A DNA stretch of 64,000 nucleotides from Candidatus Bilamarchaeum sp. (GTDB lineage: Archaea > Micrarchaeota > Micrarchaeia > Anstonellales > Bilamarchaeaceae). Below, one piece after another: positions 44,688 through 53,246 of this stretch. Positions within the stretch are counted from its first letter, which is position 1, and the number at the start of each line of letters is the position of its first letter. Both the position numbers and the translations under genes were made by a program. The stretch is taken from contig DATIFM010000024.1 of NCBI GenBank assembly GCA_035455205.1, positions 5,959 to 69,958 on the forward strand. Reading direction: 5' to 3'. Under the pieces are notes generated by a model, which had not been told where the DNA came from, ran no database searches, and saw only the letters and a list, made by a program, of their open reading frames with translations.

Positions 44688-47600
44688 CTACCACTGGAAC
44701 TGGCCGTAGAGCATGAAGCCCCAGCCCCCCGGGAACGTCCGTATCTGGTCGCGCCATGACGGGAGCGCCTCTGGCCTCGAAGTCTCGCCCGGAAGCACCG
44801 GCCAGCTGCCCGTGTACGCGGTTCCCGTAAGCTGGTAGCGCTGCGGAAGGATGCTCGTGCGGGGCTGCCTCGTGTATTCCCAGCTGATGCCGGCGCGGCC
44901 GATGAAGTCGGTCCGCTCGCCTGCCGGGGAAGTCGTTCCGCCCACCGTAGTTGACGTGAATTCCCTGCGCTGCTCGGCGCCACCCTCGAAGAAGAAGTGG
45001 ACCGCCATCCTGTCCCCGGCCACGAGGTCCGCCCTTGCCCAGGTTATGCCCGCGCCGCCCGTGGTCCTCGAAAGAGTCCCGAGGTCCGAGCACTGCCCGC
45101 CGCTTAGCGTCTGGCAGACGCGCGAAAGCTCGTCGGGGTTGTTGAACACGCTGTCGGAGGCGAAAACCACCTGCCTCGTGGCCCTGTTGAAGAACACGTA
45201 AGAGAACAGCTGGTCGCTCATCGTTGCGGTGTTTATCGCCTGGAACCTGTGCGAGAGCGTTATCGTCCACTGGTCCCACCTCTCGTTCCCGTACTCCCTC
45301 ACGCCATAGAACGCCCCCGCGAGGAGGTCGTGCCTGTGGTCCTGGAGCACCTGGAGCAGTCCTCCGACGCTCCAGTTCCCCGCCGGGTTCCAGATGTCGA
45401 GGCCCGAGCCGGTCAATGGGAGCGTCACGCCGCCCATGAACCTTACTGCCGTGAGCGCGCGCAGCCTCCTGTCGCCCGAGCATACGAGGCTGTACTGGTC
45501 CCCGTCCTGCCTGACTTCGACCCTCGTCACTCCCCGGCCTATCGTGTGGCCCTGCTGCTGCCACTCCGCGTAATCGTCGTCGTCGCCGATGACGAGCGAG
45601 CCCCTCGCTTCAGGGCGGTCGGCGACCGGAGTGTGGAGGACATAATATGTGGTCCTTCTCTGGGTGCGGCCCTCCGGGCTGGCAAGGTGCGTGCCGAGCA
45701 GGACGTCATACCTTTCGGGGCTGAGGCCTATCCTTGAATCTGAATTCGTCACCGAGACGAGGACGTCCAGCATGTTCTGCTCGAATATCCTCTGGAGCTC
45801 GGGGCCGGTCACATCCGCCCGTGCAGGGGGCTGGGTGATGCTGGCGCCGGCTATGCGGTTCTCCGCGCTCCCGCTCCTCTGCCCGCGGGTGCCAAGCTCG
45901 CGCTCAAGCCGGTCCTGAGGAAGCAGTATCCAGTCCAGGTCCGTGCTCCTCCTTTCGACTAGGTCCACGAGGTCCCTCGTGTACTGGCGCTCGAGGCGCG
46001 CCCTGTCGGGCGACGCGCGCCGGAGCTCGGTGAATATGTCTATCACGGCCGAGGCCGCGCCGCTTCTCCTGAGGTTGAGTATCTGCGTCGCCACTGCATC
46101 ATCCTGCCCGCGCCTCCTCGTTAGCTCTGCCGTGACTTCGCTCTCTGGCCGGATTGCCCAGCTGAGGCCGTCCCTTGCCGCGAGCACCGAGTCAACGGCT
46201 TCCCTGCCGTACACGCGTGCGAGCCTCTGCCTGTCGAATGCGGTGCTTCCGAGGTCGCGGTAAATGTTGCGCAGCGCGTCGCCCTGCGTCACCGTCCGCC
46301 TCACCGTCGCGGTCCTTTCATAGCGCTGGAGGTCTATCGAAGGCCAGTCCAGGATCCCGAATCCGGTGTAGAGGTCGACGTACGGCCTGTACTGGCCCCT
46401 GTTCACCTCGAAGCCCCCGGTCGTTCCCGGGTTCTCGCTGATGACGAGGGGCGAGTAGCCGTATGCGTGGCTCATTATGTCCGCGTACCACCTCGTCGGC
46501 CTTCCGAAGAGGAAGAGCGCGTAGAGGTTGCCGTACGAGGTCTGGTCCCCGGTCCACTGGCCGGCCCCGACGACGTATGCCCTGAGCCTCTCGCCGTCAT
46601 AGCCATATGCAATCGAGAACCTCCAGATGTCCCTGTTGAGGTCGTCGCGCAGGGAGCGGGAAAGGTTCTGCAGTATCTGGGCCTCGTTCGCCGGGTTCCT
46701 CTGGATTTCGAGCATGGCCTGGTCTATCCTCTCGTAGAGCCTGCTGAAGCCCGGGACGCGCTGGGCGCCCACGAGTATGCCGTGGCGCTGGGCCCAGTAC
46801 ATGAACATGGCCGATGCAAAGTGCTGCTCCGGGTTTCCGCCCGGGCCGCTCGCCTCCTGCCTGTAGCCGGTGGGCGAAGTCGGGTCGCGGACTGTCCAGT
46901 CCTCCATCCTCGCGTACATGTAGCTTCCCGCCACGAGGTAGCCCGTGTCCCTCGCGTCGTCTTCCGACCAGTGGTAGAAGCTCGCGAGCACGGTGTGCAT
47001 CCTCGCGTATATCTGGTCGGCCTGCGTGTCCACTGCGCGGAATTCGCGCAGAAGGTCAATATCGTTGTACGCGCCTGCGAGGCCGTAACCGACTCTCCTG
47101 TATCTAGACTGCGGAATCTCGTGCCTCCACCTGGCGCCGACTATGGGCGTCGCGCCGTCCCTGGACCTCTGCGCGCCTCCGACCACGCGGAGCTCCATCT
47201 GGTGCTCCATCGGGTCGATGCGCATCCTTCTCCACATCAGCTCTCCGGTCGCCGTTGCCCAGCGGACGTCGCTTATGTGCGTCCTGTCCGCGGGGTCGAC
47301 GGTGGTGAGCTGGGCCCCCCTGTAGAAAGCCGCATAGACGTCCCTCGCCCTTCTGTCCCGGACGAGGTCTGTGACGGCAGTCCCGACTGCCTGTTCTATG
47401 TGCACCGGGTCCATCGTGCTCATGTTGCGGACTAACTGGCCAAGGGCGAGCGCCGAGAAGCTGTCGCCGCCTGTTCTTGGAACGGTGAACCCCACTGCCG
47501 CGCCGTCGAAACCGCCGGCGGCCGAGTCGCCGCTAAGCATCCCGCGTCCGACGGTCCTTGCCCCTGCCAGCACCTGCTGGGTGTTCACGCCGCCGTAAAG

Positions 47601-50600
47601 GTAGTTCAGGAGCTGGGCGTTGCTGTCGAAGCCGTAAGCAAGCTGGTATATGTTGCCTTCGGCGGTGACGAAATACAGCCTCGAGCGCAGCGCGTCCCTG
47701 GGCTGCTGGACGACGTTTCCTCCCGCGTCCCTGAGCTCCGGAAGGTGCTCGCCAGTAACGAAGAGGAGCATGTCCGTGGAGTTCTGCCTCGCTATCCTCG
47801 AATACGTTTCGAGGAGGCCTGCGGTCCTTTCGCGCGTTACCGTGTCCGTGGTGGTGGTCGGGCCGCCGGGCGTCTGCGTGGTGTCCGTCCGTGTGTCGGC
47901 CCTCTCGTAATGGAACTCGTTCCTGTGCCTGATTATGCCCCTCGCCTCGTCGGCTCCGCCTATCGGGATGACGCCCGCAACCGGATACGGGAGGCCCGCG
48001 GCCTGGCCCGTGACATCGACCTGGTCGGTCGTGGTCGTCTGCCTGTTGCCTTCTGGCCCCGCCGCCGTAGATGCGCGCTGCCATGTCCCGAGCCCTCTCG
48101 CGCCTCCGCTAAGTGTGCGCCCGCCTGCTGCGGCCCCGAGGCCGCCGCGCTGGGTGACTGCGGTGCCCGAGCCCTCTGCGCCATACATGAAGCCGGCTTC
48201 GCCGAACGCGCTCAGCCAGTAGTCGCTGTAGTTGATGGGCATCGGCCCGAACAGCTCGTTTATCCTCCTGATTATCGTGGAAGGCCCGAGCGTCCCTATC
48301 CTGTACTGGGGCGGGACCCTCTGCCTGAACATCCTTGCCGCGGGGGGCCGGAGGCCGTCGTACATCCTGCTGAACAGGTCGTCGGCGCCCGAAAGGACGC
48401 TCAACCCGCCCGGCACCGGGAGCCTGAGCCTCGTGTCCGAGAACGGCCTCGGGAGGAGGGACGGGAATCCGCCCTGCTGGCCGTAAAGCTGGGGAAGCGG
48501 GTCGAGCCCCTCGCCGTTCCACCATCCGGGCCTGTACCTGTAGAGCCTCGGGTCGAGGTATCCTTCATCGGTCCTCGGCTCGGGAACCAGCCTCAATTCG
48601 TCCTCGAGCTGGTTGTGGTCGAAAGAACTTACGATTTCAGGCAGCCGATCGCCAATCGCCTGGAAGACGCGCAGGAAATACTGCCTGTTGAGGAGCGTGC
48701 TGTACGCGATTTCCCTCAGGCCGGATTCGTACCTCTGCACGAAGATTGCGTTGAATGCCTCCATCGCCGCGACGAGCGTACGCTCGTCGTGCGAAGCCGC
48801 GATGAACGCCGGGAGCACCTGCGTGAGGTACGGCCCCACGAGGTAAGGGTCCCTCTGCGAGATGATGAGAATCGAGTTCATCATCGCCTGCGCGGCCCGC
48901 CTGTTGAACGCGGACGCGCCCCCTCCGATTTCAGGTATCGCGATTCCCATGTAGAGCGCGTCGAGTATCGAGAGGTTCTGCCTCAGCCCCGTGACCGCGG
49001 CGTCCGTGTAGTCGCCCGTAGTCGGGTGGAAGTTCGCGTCCTGCCTCGCCTGAAGATACTCGGTCTCGACCTGGTTGTAGAATTCCCTTCCCCTCTGGAT
49101 GAGCTGCCTGCCGGCCTCGGAATTGAAGAACCTCGCGAGCTCCTCGGGGCTGTCGATTCCGTCAGCCGCCCACGCAGGGAGGTCTATGCCCCTGTACCTG
49201 CGTGCAAGCTCCCGGAGCCTCTGGCTGAAGAGCGGCAGGTTGATGTACTGGTTGAAGAGGTAGTCGTTCGAGCCGAACAGCTGGCGGTAGAGCGTGACCG
49301 CCTGCGTGAAGTTCGTGCCGAGCGTGTCCGTTGCGCTCGCAAGGCCGAGCGAGCTCCGGAGCGTCCCGAAAATCCTCGGCAGGTTGTCGGCCATGAAGCC
49401 GAAGTTCGTCATGAACGTCGCCCTGCCCGCGCCCGGGCCTGCCTCGTATCCGGCATTCAGCTGCTCAAGGAGCGGCGCGGGGAGCGCGAGCATGTCGTCG
49501 AGCCTCGCAGACGGGCTTTCAAGGAACCCGAGCTGGGTCATGTTGGCCGAGACCCTGTCCACGAATGCCCTTCCGTATGCGCCGCGGAGCTCGTTCAGCC
49601 TCTGCTCGAAATTCTCAAGGTCCGCGCGCTGGGCACCGCGCGCCGGCCTCGTGCGGAGCACGGCGTAGACCTGCCCCATGTCGCGGAACATCGCGTCGTC
49701 CTGGCGCCTGTAAGCCCTCTGAAGTGCGAGCACGGTCCGGGAATATGCCCCGGGGTATGCGGCGGTGATTGCGCTCCTCACGGCCTGCGGAAGGCGGAGC
49801 ACGTCCTCCACGTTCGCGCCCGAAGTCCCGAGCGCCGTGAGGTTTGCCCTCTGCGCTTCCACGGCCGCAACGAAGTCCGCTCCGAAAAGCGCGACCATCG
49901 TTTCACGGTCCTCGCCCGGCTGGGGGTTCGTTATGGCCCTGTAGCACCTGATGACTATGCCCGCGTAAAGCGCGTTCTCCCCCTGGCGCAGGTCGCGGAC
50001 TGTAATGGATGGGGAATCAAGGAACCTGAAGTTCGGGGCCTGCCTCTCCATGAGGGAAACGAACCTTTCGCCGTAAAGGCCGACCAGGACAGCCCGCGTG
50101 TCGGTCCCCCTGCGCTGCGTGAAAGTGTAAGTGCGCTGGACGCCGGCGAAGAAATTCGGCTCGTCCATGCTGACAATCATGTCATAGAGGTTCGAGTCCG
50201 CGCGCCTGAGCACGGCCGAGACGACGTCGCCGACGACCTGCTGCTTCTCGGGGAAGCGCGACATGCCCCTGTACCATGTGAGGAGCGTGTTCATAGTGCC
50301 CTGGTCGGTTCCGCTCGTGGTCGCCCCGGGCGGAGCCCTCGCGAGGTCGCCGCCGGTCTCGGCAAGGTGGATCATGGCGAATGCCATCTCGACCGACCTG
50401 CGCAGGTCGGCGGGGCTCAGCATCTGGTCCATCAGCCTCTGCTGCTCGTCAACGAGCCTCTGGAGTTCCCCGGGGTCCGAAGTTTCTGCGGCCCTCAGCC
50501 TGATGTCCTGGTTCCTCCTGCTCCACTCGGTTATCCACCGCTCGAGCAAGGGGCGCACCGGCTCCATCGCGCTGTGGCGCAGCTGGCCCCTGAGGTTCTC

Positions 50601-53090
50601 GAGGTCGCCCTCGTACCTTCTTGCCCTCGACTCGATCTCGGCCCTGCGCGCGAGCGCGGCTTCCGGAGCTATCGATGGCACTGTGCCGGCCTGCCTCACG
50701 GCGACCGGTGCAGTGAATATGGTGCCGAGCGAGTCCCTCGCGTCCGCCTGCGCGATGCCGCCCCTGCTCGAGGCCTGCCTCGCGCGCGCAACCGCGTAAA
50801 CGAACTGCACCGGAGTGTATGGATAGAACCTGCCGCGGAGCGCCCTCGCGTATTCGTCTGTCCTGTCGACGAGCTCGCGCTCGATATCGGCCTGGCTCCC
50901 GGAGAGCCACTGGAGGTTGCTCCTGTTGGTCTGCACGTACTGGACGAGCTCTGCCCCGTATGCTGCCTCGAGCCTCGAGCGGTCGGCGCTCGGGCGTCCG
51001 AGCTCGGCGTAAATGTCGCGGAGGGCCGCTGAAAGCGTGCCGACGCTGAAGCCGAACGTCCTCGTGATAGACCTGACCGTCTGGTCGCTTCCCATCCTCG
51101 ATGTCATCTGGCTCTCTATGTCCTCCACCGGGCGCAGCAGCCAGCTGAACCCGTCGAGGTTGCGCGATACGTGGTCGAACAGCTCCTGCCCGTAATTCTG
51201 AACGAGCTGCTGGCGCCTTGCGCGGAGTGCCTGTATCTCCGTGTATGCCCTCGAAAGGACCGCGCCGCCGTTTGTCGGCACTCTCGCGCGGAGCGAAACC
51301 GCTATCGGGTCCGGCGTCCTTCCGCCGGCCCTCCTGTCCAGCTCGCGCTGGACGTCCGCAGGCGTGCCTGCGAGCCATCCCAATGAGTCGAAATTCGCCT
51401 CGATGATGTCGAGCGGGGCGTCCGCGAGCGCCCTCCTCCTGACTCTCTCGTCTACGAGCGCGGAATACGTTTCCGAGACCGCCCTGCTCATCGGCGGGGG
51501 CCTGTCCGTTCCCTGGACGTTGGGAAGCCTTATCCTCGAAAGCCCGGCCGCCGTCGGGTCCTCGAGCCTCGCCCTCCGCGTTATCTCGGTGCTGATGTCG
51601 GCCTCGGGGCGCAGCAGCCAGCTGAGGTTCCTCATGTTCTGCTGGACGAGAGTCACGAGAGCGCTGTCATAATCCGAATTGAGCCTGGTCATGTTCGGGC
51701 TCTGCCTGCTCAATTCGACGTAGATGTCGCGGAGCGCGATGGGGAGGATATTCCGCTGGTAGCTCCTCGAGAGCGATAAAAGCGTCCTGTTCTGCGTGAT
51801 TTCCTGCGTGTAGAGCCTCTGGAACTCGGTCCAGAAGACGGTGTTGTTCTCGACTGTCGGGACCGAGAGAGTCCCGTTCGTGACCATCGCCAGCCTGCCG
51901 CCCAGAATCTGCGAGAAGTTGTCCGCGGCGCTCTGGCTTCCAGTGGAAAGTACGTCGCGCACGAGGCGCACCGCCCGCCCTGCCATTCCGCGCGCCACTA
52001 TCTGGAGCAGCGGGTCCACGACGTCCGCTCCCTCGCGGTCCCTCAGCCTCTGAATCTCGTCGACATTTCCGCTCTGCGCCGCGCGGTAGATGTCGCTCAC
52101 CGCCCGGGCGAACTCGTTCGGGTCCGTCCCGTGGTGGCGCGTGTTGTAGGCCTGCGCCACCGTCGCGAGGCCTGAGCCGCTGTCGCGGAATATCCTCGCT
52201 GTGAATTCCCTCGTGAATGCGGTAGTGAAAGTCTGGGACGTGTTCGCGTCGAAAATCCCCCTGAAGGCGTCCATCATCTGGGTGTCGCCGCTCAGCATGA
52301 ATTCCCGCAGGAACACGACCGACCTCCTTGCGAGCTCGTTCGGCATGTTCTCGGACACGACCTGCGTGAGCCTCTCGCCGTACCTCGCGACGGTCTCCTC
52401 CCTCGCGGTCCTTTCGAGCTCGGTGCGCGCGGCATCCTCTATGGACATGCCGCCCGTGACCGACTGCCTCATCCTCGCGAGGTCGGAGTCGCGCTGGGGC
52501 TCGCGCCTCCCGAGGTCGCGGTACCTTTGCGCCAGAGCCTGCACCCTCTCGTCCGATGCCGTCGCGGTCTGGAGCCTCGAGCGGACATTGAACACCGCCT
52601 CGATGAAGTCCGTCATCACCACGGGCTCCATCTGCACTCCCCATATGCGGTCGCGGTCCCTCGTGTAAGCGTCGAGATAAACCCTGAACTGCCTGTTTCC
52701 TGAGAGCGAGTCCATCTGGCTGAACAATTCGCTCATGAATTCGCGGTTCTCGCTGAGGCCGACCCCCCTGTACTGGCGGTTGTAGATTTCCCAGAAACGC
52801 GTCCTGTTCGCGGGGTCCCCGCTGATGACATAATCCCTGAAGGCGTTCGCAGCTTCCCTCGCCTGTCTTTGCAGTCCCTGTACATCCTCCCGTTCAGCTG
52901 GTGGTCGCGGCTGTGCCATAGCAACACTTCCTCCGAGATTGTTTAAATTCGTTCCGCTCGTTAACGTCAGGATTCCGGCGACAGCCGATGCTGTGAACTC
53001 GTTGAAGTATCTCCTGAAAACCGAGCGCCTCCTCAACTCGAAGCTGCTGCGGCGCTCGTGTTCGGTCTCTTTCTGCCTCTGGCCGGACAT
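44688..53090 (-). CDS. giant protein B (2800 aa), predicted exported; paralogue of A; internal ~55-aa repeats
   Basis: - 8.4-kb uninterrupted frame; ATG preceded by GGAGGAG.
- Leader ending 'SVAMA|QP'.
- Three 'FR(D/E)(Y/F)(V/M)(I/L)SG' modules and nine ~55-aa repeats.
- Beta-rich C-terminus ending 'MLYGQFQW'. Confidence 0.88.
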   Translation of the reverse strand: MSGQRQKETEHERRSSFELRRRSVFRRYFNEFTASAVAGILTLTSGTNLNNLGGSVAMAQPRPPAEREDVQGLQRQAREAANAFRDYVISGDPANRTRFWEIYNRQYRGVGLSENREFMSELFSQMDSLSGNRQFRVYLDAYTRDRDRIWGVQMEPVVMTDFIEAVFNVRSRLQTATASDERVQALAQRYRDLGRREPQRDSDLARMRQSVTGGMSIEDAARTELERTAREETVARYGERLTQVVSENMPNELARRSVVFLREFMLSGDTQMMDAFRGIFDANTSQTFTTAFTREFTARIFRDSGSGLATVAQAYNTRHHGTDPNEFARAVSDIYRAAQSGNVDEIQRLRDREGADVVDPLLQIVARGMAGRAVRLVRDVLSTGSQSAADNFSQILGGRLAMVTNGTLSVPTVENNTVFWTEFQRLYTQEITQNRTLLSLSRSYQRNILPIALRDIYVELSRQSPNMTRLNSDYDSALVTLVQQNMRNLSWLLRPEADISTEITRRARLEDPTAAGLSRIRLPNVQGTDRPPPMSRAVSETYSALVDERVRRRALADAPLDIIEANFDSLGWLAGTPADVQRELDRRAGGRTPDPIAVSLRARVPTNGGAVLSRAYTEIQALRARRQQLVQNYGQELFDHVSRNLDGFSWLLRPVEDIESQMTSRMGSDQTVRSITRTFGFSVGTLSAALRDIYAELGRPSADRSRLEAAYGAELVQYVQTNRSNLQWLSGSQADIERELVDRTDEYARALRGRFYPYTPVQFVYAVARARQASSRGGIAQADARDSLGTIFTAPVAVRQAGTVPSIAPEAALARRAEIESRARRYEGDLENLRGQLRHSAMEPVRPLLERWITEWSRRNQDIRLRAAETSDPGELQRLVDEQQRLMDQMLSPADLRRSVEMAFAMIHLAETGGDLARAPPGATTSGTDQGTMNTLLTWYRGMSRFPEKQQVVGDVVSAVLRRADSNLYDMIVSMDEPNFFAGVQRTYTFTQRRGTDTRAVLVGLYGERFVSLMERQAPNFRFLDSPSITVRDLRQGENALYAGIVIRCYRAITNPQPGEDRETMVALFGADFVAAVEAQRANLTALGTSGANVEDVLRLPQAVRSAITAAYPGAYSRTVLALQRAYRRQDDAMFRDMGQVYAVLRTRPARGAQRADLENFEQRLNELRGAYGRAFVDRVSANMTQLGFLESPSARLDDMLALPAPLLEQLNAGYEAGPGAGRATFMTNFGFMADNLPRIFGTLRSSLGLASATDTLGTNFTQAVTLYRQLFGSNDYLFNQYINLPLFSQRLRELARRYRGIDLPAWAADGIDSPEELARFFNSEAGRQLIQRGREFYNQVETEYLQARQDANFHPTTGDYTDAAVTGLRQNLSILDALYMGIAIPEIGGGASAFNRRAAQAMMNSILIISQRDPYLVGPYLTQVLPAFIAASHDERTLVAAMEAFNAIFVQRYESGLREIAYSTLLNRQYFLRVFQAIGDRLPEIVSSFDHNQLEDELRLVPEPRTDEGYLDPRLYRYRPGWWNGEGLDPLPQLYGQQGGFPSLLPRPFSDTRLRLPVPGGLSVLSGADDLFSRMYDGLRPPAARMFRQRVPPQYRIGTLGPSTIIRRINELFGPMPINYSDYWLSAFGEAGFMYGAEGSGTAVTQRGGLGAAAGGRTLSGGARGLGTWQRASTAAGPEGNRQTTTTDQVDVTGQAAGLPYPVAGVIPIGGADEARGIIRHRNEFHYERADTRTDTTQTPGGPTTTTDTVTRERTAGLLETYSRIARQNSTDMLLFVTGEHLPELRDAGGNVVQQPRDALRSRLYFVTAEGNIYQLAYGFDSNAQLLNYLYGGVNTQQVLAGARTVGRGMLSGDSAAGGFDGAAVGFTVPRTGGDSFSALALGQLVRNMSTMDPVHIEQAVGTAVTDLVRDRRARDVYAAFYRGAQLTTVDPADRTHISDVRWATATGELMWRRMRIDPMEHQMELRVVGGAQRSRDGATPIVGARWRHEIPQSRYRRVGYGLAGAYNDIDLLREFRAVDTQADQIYARMHTVLASFYHWSEDDARDTGYLVAGSYMYARMEDWTVRDPTSPTGYRQEASGPGGNPEQHFASAMFMYWAQRHGILVGAQRVPGFSRLYERIDQAMLEIQRNPANEAQILQNLSRSLRDDLNRDIWRFSIAYGYDGERLRAYVVGAGQWTGDQTSYGNLYALFLFGRPTRWYADIMSHAYGYSPLVISENPGTTGGFEVNRGQYRPYVDLYTGFGILDWPSIDLQRYERTATVRRTVTQGDALRNIYRDLGSTAFDRQRLARVYGREAVDSVLAARDGLSWAIRPESEVTAELTRRRGQDDAVATQILNLRRSGAASAVIDIFTELRRASPDRARLERQYTRDLVDLVERRSTDLDWILLPQDRLERELGTRGQRSGSAENRIAGASITQPPARADVTGPELQRIFEQNMLDVLVSVTNSDSRIGLSPERYDVLLGTHLASPEGRTQRRTTYYVLHTPVADRPEARGSLVIGDDDDYAEWQQQGHTIGRGVTRVEVRQDGDQYSLVCSGDRRLRALTAVRFMGGVTLPLTGSGLDIWNPAGNWSVGGLLQVLQDHRHDLLAGAFYGVREYGNERWDQWTITLSHRFQAINTATMSDQLFSYVFFNRATRQVVFASDSVFNNPDELSRVCQTLSGGQCSDLGTLSRTTGGAGITWARADLVAGDRMAVHFFFEGGAEQRREFTSTTVGGTTSPAGERTDFIGRAGISWEYTRQPRTSILPQRYQLTGTAYTGSWPVLPGETSRPEALPSWRDQIRTFPGGWGFMLYGQFQW
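45879..46277 (-). repeat. B repeat copies R8-R9 (protein-level ~55-aa repeat)
   Basis: 'ALRNIYRDLGSTAFDRQRLARVYGREAVDSVLAARDGLSWAIRPESEVTAELTRRR' and 'AVIDIFTELRRASPDRARLERQYTRDLVDLVERRSTDLDWILLPQDRLERELGTR'. Confidence 0.8.
49476..51743 (-). repeat. B repeat copies R1-R7 (protein-level ~55-aa repeat array, aa ~450-1205)
   Basis: Examples are 'ALRDIYVELSRQSPNMTRLNSDYDSALVTLVQQNMRNLSWLLRPEADISTEITRR' and 'ALRDIYAELGRPSADRSRLEAAYGAELVQYVQTNRSNLQWLSGSQADIERELVDR'. Five further, more divergent copies follow the same pattern. Confidence 0.8.
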
Positions 53091-53095
53091 GGAAA

Positions 53096-53102
53096 CTCCT
53101 CC
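53096..53102 (-). promoter_or_regulatory. Shine-Dalgarno-like GGAGGAG 5 nt upstream of the giant gene B start
   Basis: The minus strand reads GCAGGAGGAGTTTCC-ATG. Confidence 0.45.
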
Positions 53103-53246
53103 TGCGGAGGCAGAAAGCCATTCCCCCCATCCTTTATGGCCCCCGATTTTTCTCTTTCTAACACTCGTCTCTCTGCATTTATTCTGTCGGGAAAGAAATA
53201 AAAAGAGGTGTCACAGTTAATGGCGCAGGATGATACACCGGAGCCT

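Noticed and set aside
47745-51032. 1095-aa ORF on the plus strand inside giant gene B. Similar long ORFs: 41299-43098 (minus, 599 aa, inside A), 60119-62386 (plus, 755 aa, inside D), 20070-21782 (plus, 570 aa), 30856-32130 (plus, 424 aa), 14243-15481 (plus, 412 aa), 9584-10801 (minus, 405 aa), 5179-6393 (minus, 404 aa).
   Set aside because: These are antisense or off-frame shadow ORFs, typical of GC-rich DNA with GC-biased third positions. Their translations are dominated by Arg/Pro/Gly/His/Val/Glu runs with no motifs. The opposite frames carry clear motifs or balanced composition.
52914-53090. Twin-arginine (Tat) signal in the B leader ('ELRRRSVFRRYF')
   Set aside because: The paralogous A leader lacks a twin Arg in the equivalent position ('SRARTFSRHF'), and neither matches S/T-R-R-x-F-L-K well. 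I kept the leaders as a generic or unknown export signal.
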